Assembly: GCA_013239625.1 (NCBI GenBank)
Contig: MU054117.1
Coordinates: forward strand, 3,462,677 to 3,526,676
Source of the DNA: Lama guanicoe
Taxonomy: Eukaryota
Reading direction: 5' to 3'
DNA length: 64,000 bases
Shown here: positions 1 to 13,200 of the stretch, in pieces
Numbering within the stretch: the first letter of the stretch is position 1
Layout of the letters: every line of letters starts with the position of its first letter
Notes under the pieces: model-generated
What the model was told of the DNA's origin: nothing
Database searches by the model: none
The model's input: only the letters and a program-made list of their open reading frames with translations
Translations under genes and position numbers: made by a program

Positions 1-708
1 ACCAAATCTCCCTTTCCACTCCCAACTTTTCGAAAGGCTTTTCCTTTGCCTAGAGCACTTCCACTGCTCTTCTTTCCTCGGCCAACAACTACTCATCCGT
101 CATGTCTCAACTTAGGCCCCAGGAAGCCTTTTAATTTGTAGGACTGTCATATGGATTAATCAAATAATAAATACGAAGCATCTGACAAACATAAAGATGA
201 CCCATTAATGGAAGCTGGTAAAAAAATAATAAGTAAGAAGCAGCTCTACAAGAACATACAAGTAAAAATAAATAATCCTAGGCCGTTGAGTACACATGAC
301 GCAGGCAAAGGCAGTAAAGAAGCATTTTGCATGGAACTGAAAACTACGGAAGCACGGGCGTATGGTCTATTCTCGTTTAGTCAATATTTTCGGTAAACAA
401 AAACCATTAGCTCTGGTTTCAACTGGTTCAACATTTAGATTTATTGTGTCTCAACAAATGGATACTTTAGTTCCCTCTCCCCACTTGTTATTATTAGCAA
501 GGCTGAAATCAAGGGAAGGCTCCCCTAAAATAGTGGGATGGGGGAGGACAGCTGGACCAAAAGCGCGGAGGCTCTGAGGCTTAAATGCGTCAGGGGAAGG
601 GAGAGCTGGGCCGAGAAGCCCCAGCCGGGCGAGAGGAACAGTCCCCCGAACCGCCAGTTAGACGGTTTCAGGGTGAAGGGGGCCTCCCCGTCCCGGTTGC
701 GGGCTCAC

Positions 709-960
709 CTCCGTGGCTCCTGGAGTTCCCAGCCGACCGCACTCGGCGCGCTGTCAACCGTCAGCTGACCATCGCCCTGCTTTCACAGCCGGAAGATCCG
801 CTTCAGCAGATTCGCCCGCTTCTGTTCCTCTTTCCTAGCACCTTGTAGAAAGTTTCTCGGTGTAAATGTACCCTATTTCAATACTACCTGAGTCGAATCA
901 TTTAAAAAGTGTAAGAAGGTGTGTTTCTACCGTTACTGTGCATTTCGGAGACGGCGCAGA
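709..960 (-). other. FERRY3: Probable non-coding first exon of divergent C12orf4/FERRY3 (5' end uncertain)
   Basis: Minus-strand donor AG|GTGAG at 709/708 inside the CpG island. Identity rests only on the known head-to-head synteny with RAD51AP1; no coding sequence of it is in the window. Confidence 0.45.
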
Positions 961-1216
961 GGTCACTGTCGTGACGAAAGTGCAGCGGCGAAGCACGAAC
1001 CCCGCTCCGGCAGACCGGAAACGGAAGGGCGGTGCCTCGGGGTGGGCGTGAACGCGCCTCTCAGAGCGCATGCGCGCCCGCCGGGATGGCGGGTGAGGAT
1101 TGGAGGGTTGGCGGCGCGGGCGGAGAGCTCCGGGCCTGGCTTTGGGCGGGAATTCAAACCGCCGCTGTTGCGGACGAGAGCCTGGGAGCTGCAGGTTTCC
1201 AGCTTCGGAGGGGACC

Positions 1217-1233
1217 ATGGTGCGGCCTGCGAG
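1217..1233 (+). CDS. RAD51AP1: RAD51AP1 coding exon 1
   Basis: Kozak ACCATGG, MVRPA(R), donor AG|gtgagc. Confidence 0.93.
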
Positions 1234-4200
1234 GTGAGCGGTTCCTGTCAGGCGGGGGTGGTGGGGGAGGAGCAGGAGGACGCTGTAGGCTCGTCACCTG
1301 CGCGGGACTGAGGGGAAGGCCGGCGGCGAGGCGAGCGCCGGTGGGGCCGGGCCGTCGGTCCAGGGAAACGCTCCGGCCTCCAGTGAGAGCCTCCCACGGC
1401 TCACAGGGGGCCTGGCACCCTAGCTGTCTCCTTTTCTGGGCGCCCTTGGCGGTTACTGCCGTTTCTTCCACCCGCCGTCCTTCAAATAAGGCCTGGTCAC
1501 AGCGCTTTGCAGCGCACCAGGCTCCCTCCTGCGTGTTCATTGTTCATCACCATAGTTTCTTGACGTAGAAAGTTCAGGTCTTCCCTTTATATCTATTTAA
1601 ACTGCTAGGGACGAGAGCCAGTGGGCCCGAGTCACACCGCCGGTAAGTGACAGGGTAACACGCAAACCCAAGTCAGCTGGCGCCGCATCCCCTGCGTTTT
1701 CCCGTTAAGTGTACTCTTAGAGACTATTCCTCCACTAACCGCCGTCGAGAACCGTGGAGGCCTAGGGTCCGCCGTTGGTGTAGTAGAGTTCTGAGATAGT
1801 GTTTCTAATGTGCTGTGCCAGGTGCCGGAGGTTCCATTCTAGCCAAGGGGTCAGGTTGGGGGTCTGAAAGTAAACATGGCAAGTGAGAGAGAGTGAGGAG
1901 GCGAAAAGCCCTGCTTAAAGTAGGGTGGTTCGGACAGGACTCTCCCGGAAGGTAATGCAGGAGCTGAGACAGGGATGAGTGGCAAACTGGGTCACTCACA
2001 TTTGGGTATTTGGCAGAAGATAAAAATGAAAACGGGAGTAGAGTTCATTTAGGACCTAGGGGAGAATGACTTTATTTTATTCACTTGAAATATCACTTTC
2101 TTTTAGCGCCCCCTAAAGTAGAGTGAAGATTCGTTTCAGATGGCGAGTGCTAAGTCACTCACTATGTTTTTAGTGTCCACTGCATAAAGAACATGATTTC
2201 ATATTGTGGGAGAGAAAAGAAAATGGCTTTCCGTGTCAAGAAGTTCATGATCTGAGAAGACAGAATGCACTTATAAATAAGAGAACACATAAAACAGGAA
2301 CTGAAAAATTCCCGACAGTAATTAAACATAAATTGTAAACATTATATTGATTTATTCTTACTTTGTGTGTTACCTGAAGCAGTTTTTTTCCTAATCAGGT
2401 ATATCAAGATAATTATACGTTTTTCAGCTAATGTTAAATCCTTGCTATAGAATGCAAATCAGGTTTTTAATTTATATATTCTTAAGAGAATCTAAACAGA
2501 TTTTTATTTACTCAAGACTAATAATGGCCTTAAGGAATGGAGGTGAGGAATGGACATTCGCATAAATGAAAATTTCTGTCTTGGTCACAGGCATAAGAAG
2601 CCAGTCGATTACTCACAGTTTGAGGACTCTGACAGTGATGGTAAGTGGAGCGTCCTATTTCTGCTTTAAAGATTTGGAAATTTATTTCCTCACAATTTAT
2701 AGACTATTTATATGTAATGCATGTATATATTTATGGCTAAAATAGTGAACATATTACCCAATTGTAGATGAGTAGGTCTGGAAAAATAATTTTCTAAGCA
2801 TTTGGGATAATTATACTGATCATTACACTGACAAGGATTATTGGCATACGTGATAAACAAACAAGACCAGGTGAAATGGCTTTTTAGGTCTCAACTCCCC
2901 TAGGTCCACATTTCTTGGAGTGAGATTATGTCCTCGCCCCTTCCCCCAAGAATAACACACTGTCTTTTTAAGACCCAAATGTGTTACAGAATATAATATG
3001 AAATCCCCATTAATCGTACAATAAAACAAGACCTTGAAGAAAGCTTAGGCTTAAGCTGTACCCTGTTGAGTTGTACATTTACTTGTCTCTGCTATTTAGA
3101 GAACTTTGGTCAAAAAGTTTGAGAAACATTGTGTTAGATTACCGTATGCTTAAAAGTAGGTTTTGTGTTTCTTTCTTAGACCACCAGAGTTTTCCATGAG
3201 TTAGATATCTAGTAAGTCCTCAGTGTGAAGGAATCTGTTTTTTGCCTTGAGTACAGCCTTAAGTGTGCCTAAGACTTGGGGGAAAATAGCATAGACTGTA
3301 ACGTCTAGCTTCTTGTTACTGTAATCAGCCTGTCACTAAATATTTATAAATTGCTGGTCGTTTTGTGGAGACTGGGGTGGAAGTGGAGGCGAGTCACAGG
3401 TTATTGTGTTCCCACGTGAGGGAGCATAAAAGAGACAACACGTGCTAACAAACGCCAAAGTCTGTGATTAAGACTGTGTGCACCTTGAAGGCAGACACGT
3501 GTCAGGTATGAGTGTAAAAGCTGTCACAGCAATTTGGTGTTGCATGTCAGCAGCAGAAGTACATCAGCTCTGAGGCTTGGGGGCAGGAAAACCTGTGAGG
3601 ACAGAATGGACTGGAAAAGAACATCCCTTTGCCAAAAAGTGAAGTTCCCATGGGGAGCTCCTAGGAAGGCCCGTGTGGTAATGGAAGAGAAACACTGCCG
3701 GGCTGAAGTCCTGAGTAGGAACCGCCTTCTCTCCCTCCAAGTTCTGATGCTTCTGACTTTTCTTAGTGTGGTTAAAGTGCTAGAAATAGGACATGGGCCT
3801 TTGAAGAAGATGTTTGGCTAGGTTATGAAGTTTTCATAAAAATCATTTTCTTCCACTTTTTAATATGATAAAATTATAGAGGAAATTTTAGTAATTTTTC
3901 TACTGTTTTTAGAGGTTTTTAATTACTCCTTTGTTTTCTTTGACACTTATATACACTAGCCTAGGTTTTCAGGGAATTGGTTTTTGATGGATTGATATTT
4001 TAAAAAATAAAGGCCACTTAAACAAAGTTGGACAGCCTGGGTGAGGATAAAGAAAGACAATATGCCAATGGTATTTTTTAAATTGTGGAGAGCAAACAAT
4101 TTGCTTACTTTTCAAATTTGAACACACATCATAATGAATCTCAATTACCAAGAAAGTAATTTTATTTATTTCTTCCTAAGGAAAAGCAATTTCTTATATT

Positions 4201-7200
4201 TTTTTTAATTTTAATTCACACACAAATAGATGATTTTGTTCCTGCAACCGCACCGTTAAATAAGAAATCCAAAATGACACAAAAGGAGTTAAAATTAGAA
4301 AAACCAGAACCTAAACTGAAGAATCTCCAGAAAAAAGACATCCCACTGCAGGAGAAAACCCCCCAAAAAAGGTGAGAGGTAAGACATACGGTTACTATAC
4401 GACAGTAGATGTGTTAACTTGCAGGAGAGGCAGATTCAAACTCTTGGTTTCAGTTAGAGCTTGAGCAGGACCCTTGGTCTTATTTTACTTTGTGCACGTA
4501 GGAGAGCAGGGGTGCGCATTGGTCCCCTTCTGAAATGAACTTCGTAAAGTTCACAAATACGCAGGGAAATGCCCGTTTAACTATTAAGGCAGTCATAATT
4601 ATCTAGCTTAGAAGGTATAACTTGCTTTTACAAGACCTAGCACCTGTCTGAAATCCTTAGGTCTTACAAGACTACTTTGTCAAAAATTACATTTGTAAAG
4701 ACAGTTTTATAAAACCCAGGACCACACGTCTTTGTGATATGATGGATGTTCACTGAAATTTCGTGATGTATGTGAGTCGAACTGAAGGCTGTGAACCTGT
4801 GGCTTACACAGTGCTGCATGTCAGCTATGTCTCAGTAAAACTGTAAGGAAAAAATAAACTTTAAAACCGGGTATTTTTCTACAGATGAAAAATATTTTCT
4901 CTTTACCTCACTGAGATTTGTCCAGCAGCGAGCAGGCCCTGTAGACTGGCCCTGGAGCTCCGTGAGTTAGTACCAGCAGAGAGGGGAAATGAGGGAAGGG
5001 GGTCCTGAGAAGCCCACACTTGTGGGACGGGGAGGAGGGGACAGAAGAGGGACACTGACAGATGGAGCAGAGGACTCGTGACGCTTGACTGCTGCAAGCG
5101 TGAGGAAAGTTAACTAACATAGAGAAACTCACCGCCGTCATTCTCTTTACTCTTTTCTTCCTTGTTTTTGTTTTTGAGCTTCTTGTACTACATTTAAAAT
5201 AGAGTTTAAAAAGAAACAAAAAACAGCAGACGGGAGAAAATATTTGCAAATCATATAACCTCTAAGGGACTTGTATCCAGAATATATAGAGAACTCTTAT
5301 GATTCAACCATAAAAAGACTAATGACCCAATTTAAAAAGGGGCAAAGGACTTGAATAGACATTTCTCTAAAGAAGGAATAGAAATGGCCCATACGCACAC
5401 GAAGAGGTGCTCCGCATCCTCAGCCTTCAGGGAGATACAAGTCCAGACCTCGGCGAGATGGTGATGTCACACCCACTAGGGTGGCTGTAATCAAACAGGC
5501 AGACAAAGTGAGCGCTGAGGAGAAAGTGGAGGACCTGAAACGTTCATGCCTTGCTGCTGGGTGTGGAAAACCGTGCAGCCACATTGGAAAACAGAGTAGC
5601 CATTTGTCAAAACGTTAAACGGACCCAACCTAGGTATGTCCCCAAAAGGAATGTGCCACACAGAAACCTGCACGTGAGTACTCACAGGAGCATTGTTCCT
5701 TATAGGCAAAAAGTGGAAGTAATCCTGATGTCTCCCAGCTGATGAACGGATAAGTAAAATGTGGTATATCCCTGTAGTGGAATATTACTCAGCAATAAAA
5801 AGGAATGAAGTACTGATATATATATATATATATATATATATTACAACATGGCCAAACCTTGAATACATCTTGGTGAGCCAAAGAAGCCAGACAAAAAAGG
5901 CCATGTATTGTGTGTTTCCATTACTATTTATATCCAGAACAGACAAGGCCACAGAAGCAGAATGATTAGTGGTTGCCGGGTGTCAGGAAGGGGAAAATGG
6001 GGAGTGACTGCTAACGGGTCTGAGGTTTCATTCCAGGGTGATGAAAATGTTCTGAAATTAGACAGTGGGGATGGTTTCAGAGCTCTGTCAGCATACTAAA
6101 ACCTGCTGAATTGTATGCTTCGTATGCTTTATGCAGTGTGACTTATATCTCAGTAAAACTGTTATTTTAAAAAATAAATCCTTCAAGGTGCCTCTTGGTA
6201 TTCCCTCCTTGATGTAACCTGTTATCTGTCTTTGCTTTCTCTTCCTCTGACACACCCTAGCACTTTTGACCACCTTGAGTAGGAGACATGATAGTCTGTT
6301 TATATGGGATAATTTTAAGTATGAATTATTTTCCCACCTCCTCATTAGTTACTGACTTTTTGAGGGCACTTTTCATATCCTGTCTGCTGTGGTGCCTCAT
6401 GCACAGTAAGCACTTGCTAAAATATTTGCTAGAGTCCAGTTGGGAGAAAGAGATATTAAAAAAAGAGTAATTTCAATTTAATTTAAGAGCTGTAACAGCT
6501 GTCTGAGGTGGTGTGGGTGAGGCCCAGGAAGCTCTCCAAGTGGAAGTGACACTGGAGCCCAGTCTGTTCTCAGTCTAGTGGGCGCCTCCCCCTGGCCGGA
6601 GCCGGTGCTGAAGAGGGGCCGCACAGTGAGGGCCCAGGAGGCGCAGGGCACGAGCTGCTTCTGGTTCAGATCTGTTCTGCTGGGTAGAGCCCGGCCCTGT
6701 TAGATTTCAGGAGGCTTAACGTTGAAAGTCAGTTAGGATCATGCTCACTGACCATTTTTCTGAGATGAGCAGCTCTTTGATGGCACTCGAGGGAGCTCTC
6801 ACAGTTGGCTGTTTAGTTGAGATTGGTAGTTGACAAGCTCATCATTATTTGTGTGTCTGTTTCAGGATGGCTTTAGATGACAAGCTGTACCAGAGGGACT
6901 TAGAGGTTGCCCTCGCTTTGTCCGTGAAGGAACTTCCGACGGGCACCACTGATGTGGAGGAGTCTCGAGATAAAAGTAACTTTGTTTAACACTCTGGATG
7001 ATAAGAGGGGCGCTTTGCAGAGGGCAGAGTTGGGTCCAGTTGTTGATTCAGCTGGGTAAATCTCATCCGCACGTAAATACCCCTCTGGCTGGCACTCAGA
7101 GCGAACTGGAGGACGTGGACTGTGACCTTTGGTGTCCAAATTTTATCTGTGTATGCAGTAAAAATTTAATTTCTTGATCAAATAAATTGACCTGTACATC

Positions 7201-10200
7201 CTAACAATTCACCTCCTTTCTCTCCAAATTCAACTTAGCTAAACATGATCTAATGATGGTAAGTTTTGTTGTTTACAAAGGTTAAAGGTAATAATTTGGT
7301 TAGCAAGCTCAGATTCATGACTTCAACTTTCTCTGTGGATTTTTCCCCTTTGATTTTTCTGGCAACTAAGCAGCAGTTGGTAATATTGACATTCTGGAGG
7401 GGCAGAAAGCATAGTTACTGGAAAAGACATTCAAACTGCTAGAATGCTTTTCCGATTAAATTGCTTTGGCCTGACTTCTTTTATGTTGGAGGACGTTTTT
7501 AGCCTGTTAGCTTGTTTAGGGGTACAGATGTTTAAGTCAGTATTGCCTCCTGTTTGAAAATAAATGCTGTAGTGTTGACAAGGGGACTTTTTAGTAATTG
7601 GGAATCAAAGAAACTCAAAAAGAGAATTGTCATATATCTGAAATTGAGGATAAAAATCTCTCTCCTATAAAAGATTGTGGACTATATAGGGTTTCCTTGG
7701 AAGTACCACTACTCAGAGGGTAATGTACTCTGTAGCCCTGGAATTTAATAGTACCAATTATTATGACTTAAAGTCCTCTTAAAATACTCTAGATCACTGT
7801 AAACTTATAATCATGGTTGAAGAGTCTTTATGTTAGTAAAAGCGCAGATCTGCCTACACAGAAATGATAGTTAGTATTTATTTACTGTTTGCTGTGTGCT
7901 GGGCACTTCAATAAGCAGTTTCCACATTCAGTCAACATTTAATCCCCCCTGGTCCTCTCATTTCATCCTCACACTGTTTTTATTTCCACATTTTACGTGA
8001 GGAAATCAGGTTTTACAGAGGATAGGCTATTTTTCCATGGTCATGTGGCCAACTTAAGTGGTAGAGCTTGTATTTGAGCTTCAGCCTGATTAAGTCTCTG
8101 TGATTTCAGGGCCAACACCCCTAACCATGTGCTCACCCCTCCACGTGAGATCACTGTGCTGTTTGATCCCTTGTCTGTGGCTCCAGGCTTTTAGGTTTTA
8201 GCACTTGTGCTCCTATTTGTCGACACTGGTTGATTAAGTGCATCTGAATCCTCTTGCTTCCATCTAGGCACTGATAGACGTGGCAACAACGAGGCAGAAA
8301 CAGTGACCAAGTCCCCTCATCTCTCCAACTGCAGTGTAGCTAGTGATTATCTAGGTAAGTGTTGGATGTTAATAGTAATATTTATTTTTTTCCATCAATA
8401 ATGCTATTTTTCTAATTTTTATTTAAATTCCCGAACCTGTAAGTAGAACTCCAGGGCCTTTACATTTGTGACGTCTCTCTGCTCCTCTTCTCCTTCATTT
8501 CTTTATGTTTTAGTTTTCCTGTTTCACTGCAGACCTCCTTTCTTCCCTGAGAGGGGGTCATGACCACCCAGGGCTTCTAGTTGACAGCAGTTGAGCAAGT
8601 CCGAGACCCAAACTGAGTCTTTCAATACCTATAAATATGGTTATATTCTTGTATTTGTACTGGAGTGTACAAATGACACTAAAAAGTAATAAATACATTT
8701 TGTCTAAAAAAAAAAAGATTCAATTTGGGTCTCGGACTTGTGCTCAACCCAGACCGTGCTGCTGGGAGACTGATGTCTCACACCTGGCCCGGGCTGGCTG
8801 TGTGGCCTGCTCCTAGAGGCACGGCAGGGGTGAAGCCAGCCCAATAAAAACAGCAGACGGAACAGAGGTCTGCCCTGCAGTTCTTTAGATGTCACCTGTC
8901 ACAAAAAGTCTCACTGATGTTCTTATCTGAAGATCTGGATAAGATTACTGAGGAGGAGGATGCTCGAGGTGTTCGAGGGAGAAGAAGGGCAGCATCTCGA
9001 GCAGTGGTCCAGCAGAGGAGCATTCTGTCAGAGGGCAGTGACGGCAGTGGTGCCGATGACTCCGAACCAGACTTTGCAACTGGTGAGTTATGTCCTCGCT
9101 CAAGATAGCCCTGTGGAGACGCAGCGATGAGCTCTTGGAGACATTAATGTGTGCAAGACACTGTGCATCACAGTATGAAATGTGTAATGTGGGGAATACA
9201 GTTAGTAACTAATATCCTTGTGTAGTGACATCACAACTAGCTTTATCATGGGGGCCGTTCTGAAATTTGTGGAAGTGTTGAGACATGGTGTTGTGTAACA
9301 GGAACTGACACAGTATCGTAGATCAGTTATACTTTAAGACAAACAAACTTGTAGAAAAAGAGATCAGGTTTGTGGTGACCACAGGTGGGGGGAGGGAGAA
9401 CTGGATGAAGGCAGTCAAAAGGTACAGACTGCCAGTTGTGAGATAAGTAAGTTCTAGGGACATCATGTACGACGTGATAAATATAATGAACAGTGTGGTT
9501 TGTTATCTATGAAAGTTGTTAAGAGAGTAAATCCTAAGATTTCTTATCACAAGGACAAATTTTATTTTCTGTTTCTTTAATTTTGTACCTGTATGCGGTG
9601 ATGGGTGTTCACTAAACTTAGTGCGTTAATCACTTCATGATGCATGTAAGTCAGATCATTACACTGTGCCCCTTAACCTTAAACGGTGCTGTGCCTCAGT
9701 GCTATCTCAATAAAACTGGGAGGGAAAAAGAAAAAGGCAGAAACACAGAGTCCAGTGAGGCCTGCAGGGGAGGGAGAATGAGGTAAGGCTGAAGAGGCCC
9801 CTTGCCACTGGATCATGGAGGGTCTTAGACCCATTCTAAGAAGTGTAGAGTTTTTTTCCACAAGTGGTAGAAATTCATGAAACATTTTGAGGTAGAAATC
9901 ATATGAAACCTATATTTTATTATGATAGTTGTTTTCAGACTCATTCAAAAATTAGGGCAAGTGAGGGGCATACATCATGATACATCAATTTAAAATTAAA
10001 ATGAATAAACCCGTAAGTTTATGCTGTCAGACACTACATTTTGATAGATTTTAACATGCTGGTGACAAACAATAATAGATTTGTTTCCCACATTTATTCA
10101 ACAGATACCTGGGTACTTACCATGGACACTGTGTTCTAGACGCTAGGGCCGTGGCAGTGGACAAACTGAACAGAGCCCCTGTCCTCACGGAGCTAAAACT

Positions 10201-13200
10201 CACACGAGAGGACACAGACAATACATACTTGAGGTGTCAATCTGTAATAGTAGATACTTCAAAGTTCGTAGGTTCTGAGAAGTATCCTTTATCTCCTCGT
10301 GGACTAAATGACTGTTTTTTTCCCCAGCCTCACTTTTTAGAACAGAGGTGAAGTGTGTAGTCTTGTGTTTCAGGTGAAGAGTCTGAGGATGATTCTGATT
10401 TTAGTGAGAGTGGAGATGATGAGGCCTTCACAATGAGAAAGAGTAAAGGTAAAGGAATGAAAAGGAAAGAAGCGAAGGTGAAATCTCCAGTTGAAAAGAA
10501 AGAGAAGAAACTGAAATCCGCACATGATGCTATGGGTAAGCTTTTTCCCGCACACTTCACTCTGTGAAGGGACTATGTTTGGTTTACTTAATGCATTTTT
10601 CTCATCTTTGCCTTTCATTCTCATTAACATTTTGCCAGTGTTCATCTCTCATTAAAATCCGTGGAGGATGGCAGGGTGGGTCGGGGAGGCAGGGCAGACG
10701 AGTGCTGACAGCCCCCGCCTGCATCTCACAATGAGAAAACTGAGGCTCTGGGTGGATAAATTGTTAGTGAGTGGCTCCAGTTTGCACCGAGGTCTGTCCA
10801 TTCAGAGCTGAGCTCTGTCCACCGGACCACGTTTTGTCCACACGATTAAACGCGGAAGTTGGCGTGATTCTCGTTTGCTGCTGCTGCCTGTGACTCAGTT
10901 TCTGCGTTGAGAACCTTCGCCATGTGGTTAGGGCCTTTTTGTTTCTTCAGGATGAATTCAGTTTGAAGCCAGTTTTACCGTAAAACTTGGAATTTGTGAG
11001 GACTTGAAGATGGAATACTTGGTTTTTGTACAAACGAAGTTAGAATATTTTTGAGTTCATGTGTATGATGGATTATTGTAAAATATGACTTCCTCTAACC
11101 TGGCTTGTTTTACTTCCTGACAGATGTTTTATGTCTTAGCTGTTTGATGTGTACGCCATTCGAACCTAAATGTCCCTTACTTAGACTATTTATCAATGGG
11201 TGAGAGTTGCTCTCACCTGAAATAGCATGGTGCTAAGTACTTACTAAGAAATAAGAATTAAGTACTGACGGAGTCATGTTCCTCCCGGCACTGTATTCTG
11301 CATGCATGAGGTTTTAATTAGTGTTTTTTTTAATTGGCAAATTCACCTGGCTTCCAGAAATTAGATTTTAAATGCAGGGATTTTAGAGATAAACCTGTGT
11401 GTTAGTTTCCAATTACTGCTGCAAAAATTTATCACAAATTTAGTGTCTTAAATCAACACACGTGTATTATTTGACAGTTCTGGGGTCAGAGGTTCAACGT
11501 GGTTCTCACCAGGCTAAAACCAAGCTGTTGGCAGAGCTGTGGTCCCCTGTGGAGGCTCCAGGGGACCGTCTACTGTGCTGCCTTGGCCCACTTCTGGAGG
11601 CCGCCTGCTGTCTGTGGCTGGTGGCCCGGTGGCCCGGTCCCCTGTTAGAGCTGCTGTGTCACTCTCCTTCCGCTCCTCACTGTCACCTGCAGGGACCCTC
11701 GTGAGGACGTTGGGCGCGTTGGATAATTCAGGATCATCTGTCTTAGGATCCTTAGTTGTGTCACACCGGCCAGGTCCCTTGGCCGTGTCAGGCGGCACAA
11801 GCACACGTTCTAGGAATCAGGGGACAGTTATCTTCAAGGGGCCACTACCTGGGATATGAAAAACATTTTCCACATTAACGATGTGGAAAAAGTCTCACAT
11901 GAATACAGTTTATATTTTCTTTAGATGTTTGCTTGTGCTTGCTCACCAAGGCACTCTAAAAACTAAAAATGAGATTCCAGTTTCCAAGTTCGAACTTACC
12001 ACTCGAAGTCTTCTGTATACCCCGGAGCAAGTCGCTTCGTAAGAAAGTTTACTGTATAATACTAGAAGTAGAATTTAGCTGCTAAGGAGTGGGATTAAGG
12101 ATTCGGGGAGTGAGGTGGGTGGGGTGGAGCTCAGCAGTAGAACGTGTGCTTCGTGTGCACCAGTTCCTGGCTTCAATCCCCAGTACCTCCATTGAGGGGG
12201 AGAAAAGGGTACAACTCAATTGTTTAAAAAAAAAGAGAATTTGGAAAAGAGGATTATATTTCTAGTCCCATTAGTAATGTATTGAGTGACCTTTGAGTGT
12301 CTCTGATCCGGCACATATTACAGTAGAAAATTTCGAGAGCTGTGGTGTCCGAATCAGTCAGAATCTCGGTAGCCACCAGCCACAAGTAGCTCTATCACAT
12401 TGAAGTTAATTAAAATTAAGCAGAATTTAAAGTCAGCTCCTTGGTTTTGCGAGGCGAGCCGCACACCAGCGCTCATGACTGCGCGCGGCCGAGGGCTGCC
12501 GCGCGGGACAGCGCAGAATCCTCGGCGCTGGCGTCGCCGCGGGAAGGCCTGGCCGCTGGGGCCGGGGCGCGCACGTCTGCGGGCACCGCGCAGGCGCCTC
12601 GGAGCGAGCGCCGAGTGGGGGCCTTTTTTTTCCCACCTCTCTTCCCTGCATGTCTCGCCCCATCGAAAACAAAACAAAACCCAAAAAACCCAAACCTACT
12701 CCCATTCTGTGTTCATCTTCTGGGTAATTAGGTGGGTGCCGCTGATTCCCTCCCCTCCAGCACCACCTCCCCCTTCGCCCAGTCTGCAGCTTTTCCCTCA
12801 GCCTCCCCCTTACACTAGGGGCTCATCACCTCTCCCCTGCACTGCCGTGGAGCCGTCCAGGCCTTCTGCTTTTCCAGCGCCGCCAGCAGGCTGCTGCTGG
12901 ACGCACAGACGTGTGCAGGGGGGACGCTCCCCCCGTGCACGCCTCTGCAGGCTGTCCCCTTCTTCTCACGATGCCTTATACGCAGCTCTTCTCTGCCCTC
13001 TCTGTTAGTGACCAGCCAGTGACTGGGCCGTACAGTCCCCGGGAGCGGGATACTCTCATCCTGGAGCCTAATAACCTGTCTCACTGGGACACTCCGGTGA
13101 GACACTACCATGTAATGGTTACAAGTGCGGACGCTGGAGTCAGACTGGCCTCCAGTCCCAGCTCAGACACTAGCTGTCAGACTAGCCTCTGTTTCCTTAT

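Larger units (their letters stand above)
600..1500. promoter_or_regulatory. CpG island / bidirectional promoter of RAD51AP1 (+) and the divergent gene (-)
   Basis: CpG-dense. Tandem ETS/GABP-like ACCGGAAACGGAAG 1014-1027, NRF1 palindrome GCGCATGCGC 1066-1075, E2F+CHR-like GGCGGGAATTCAAA 1145-1158, all just upstream of the RAD51AP1 ATG at 1217. Boundaries approximate. Confidence 0.85.

Noticed and set aside
898..1568. Overlapping 100-180 aa ORFs on both strands
   Set aside because: Expected in a CpG island; only the 17-nt RAD51AP1 exon 1 CDS is supported
12400..13008. 202-aa plus-strand ORF
   Set aside because: Non-ATG start; crosses a MER3 remnant and low-complexity GC/C-rich sequence, so stops are depleted; no recognisable protein
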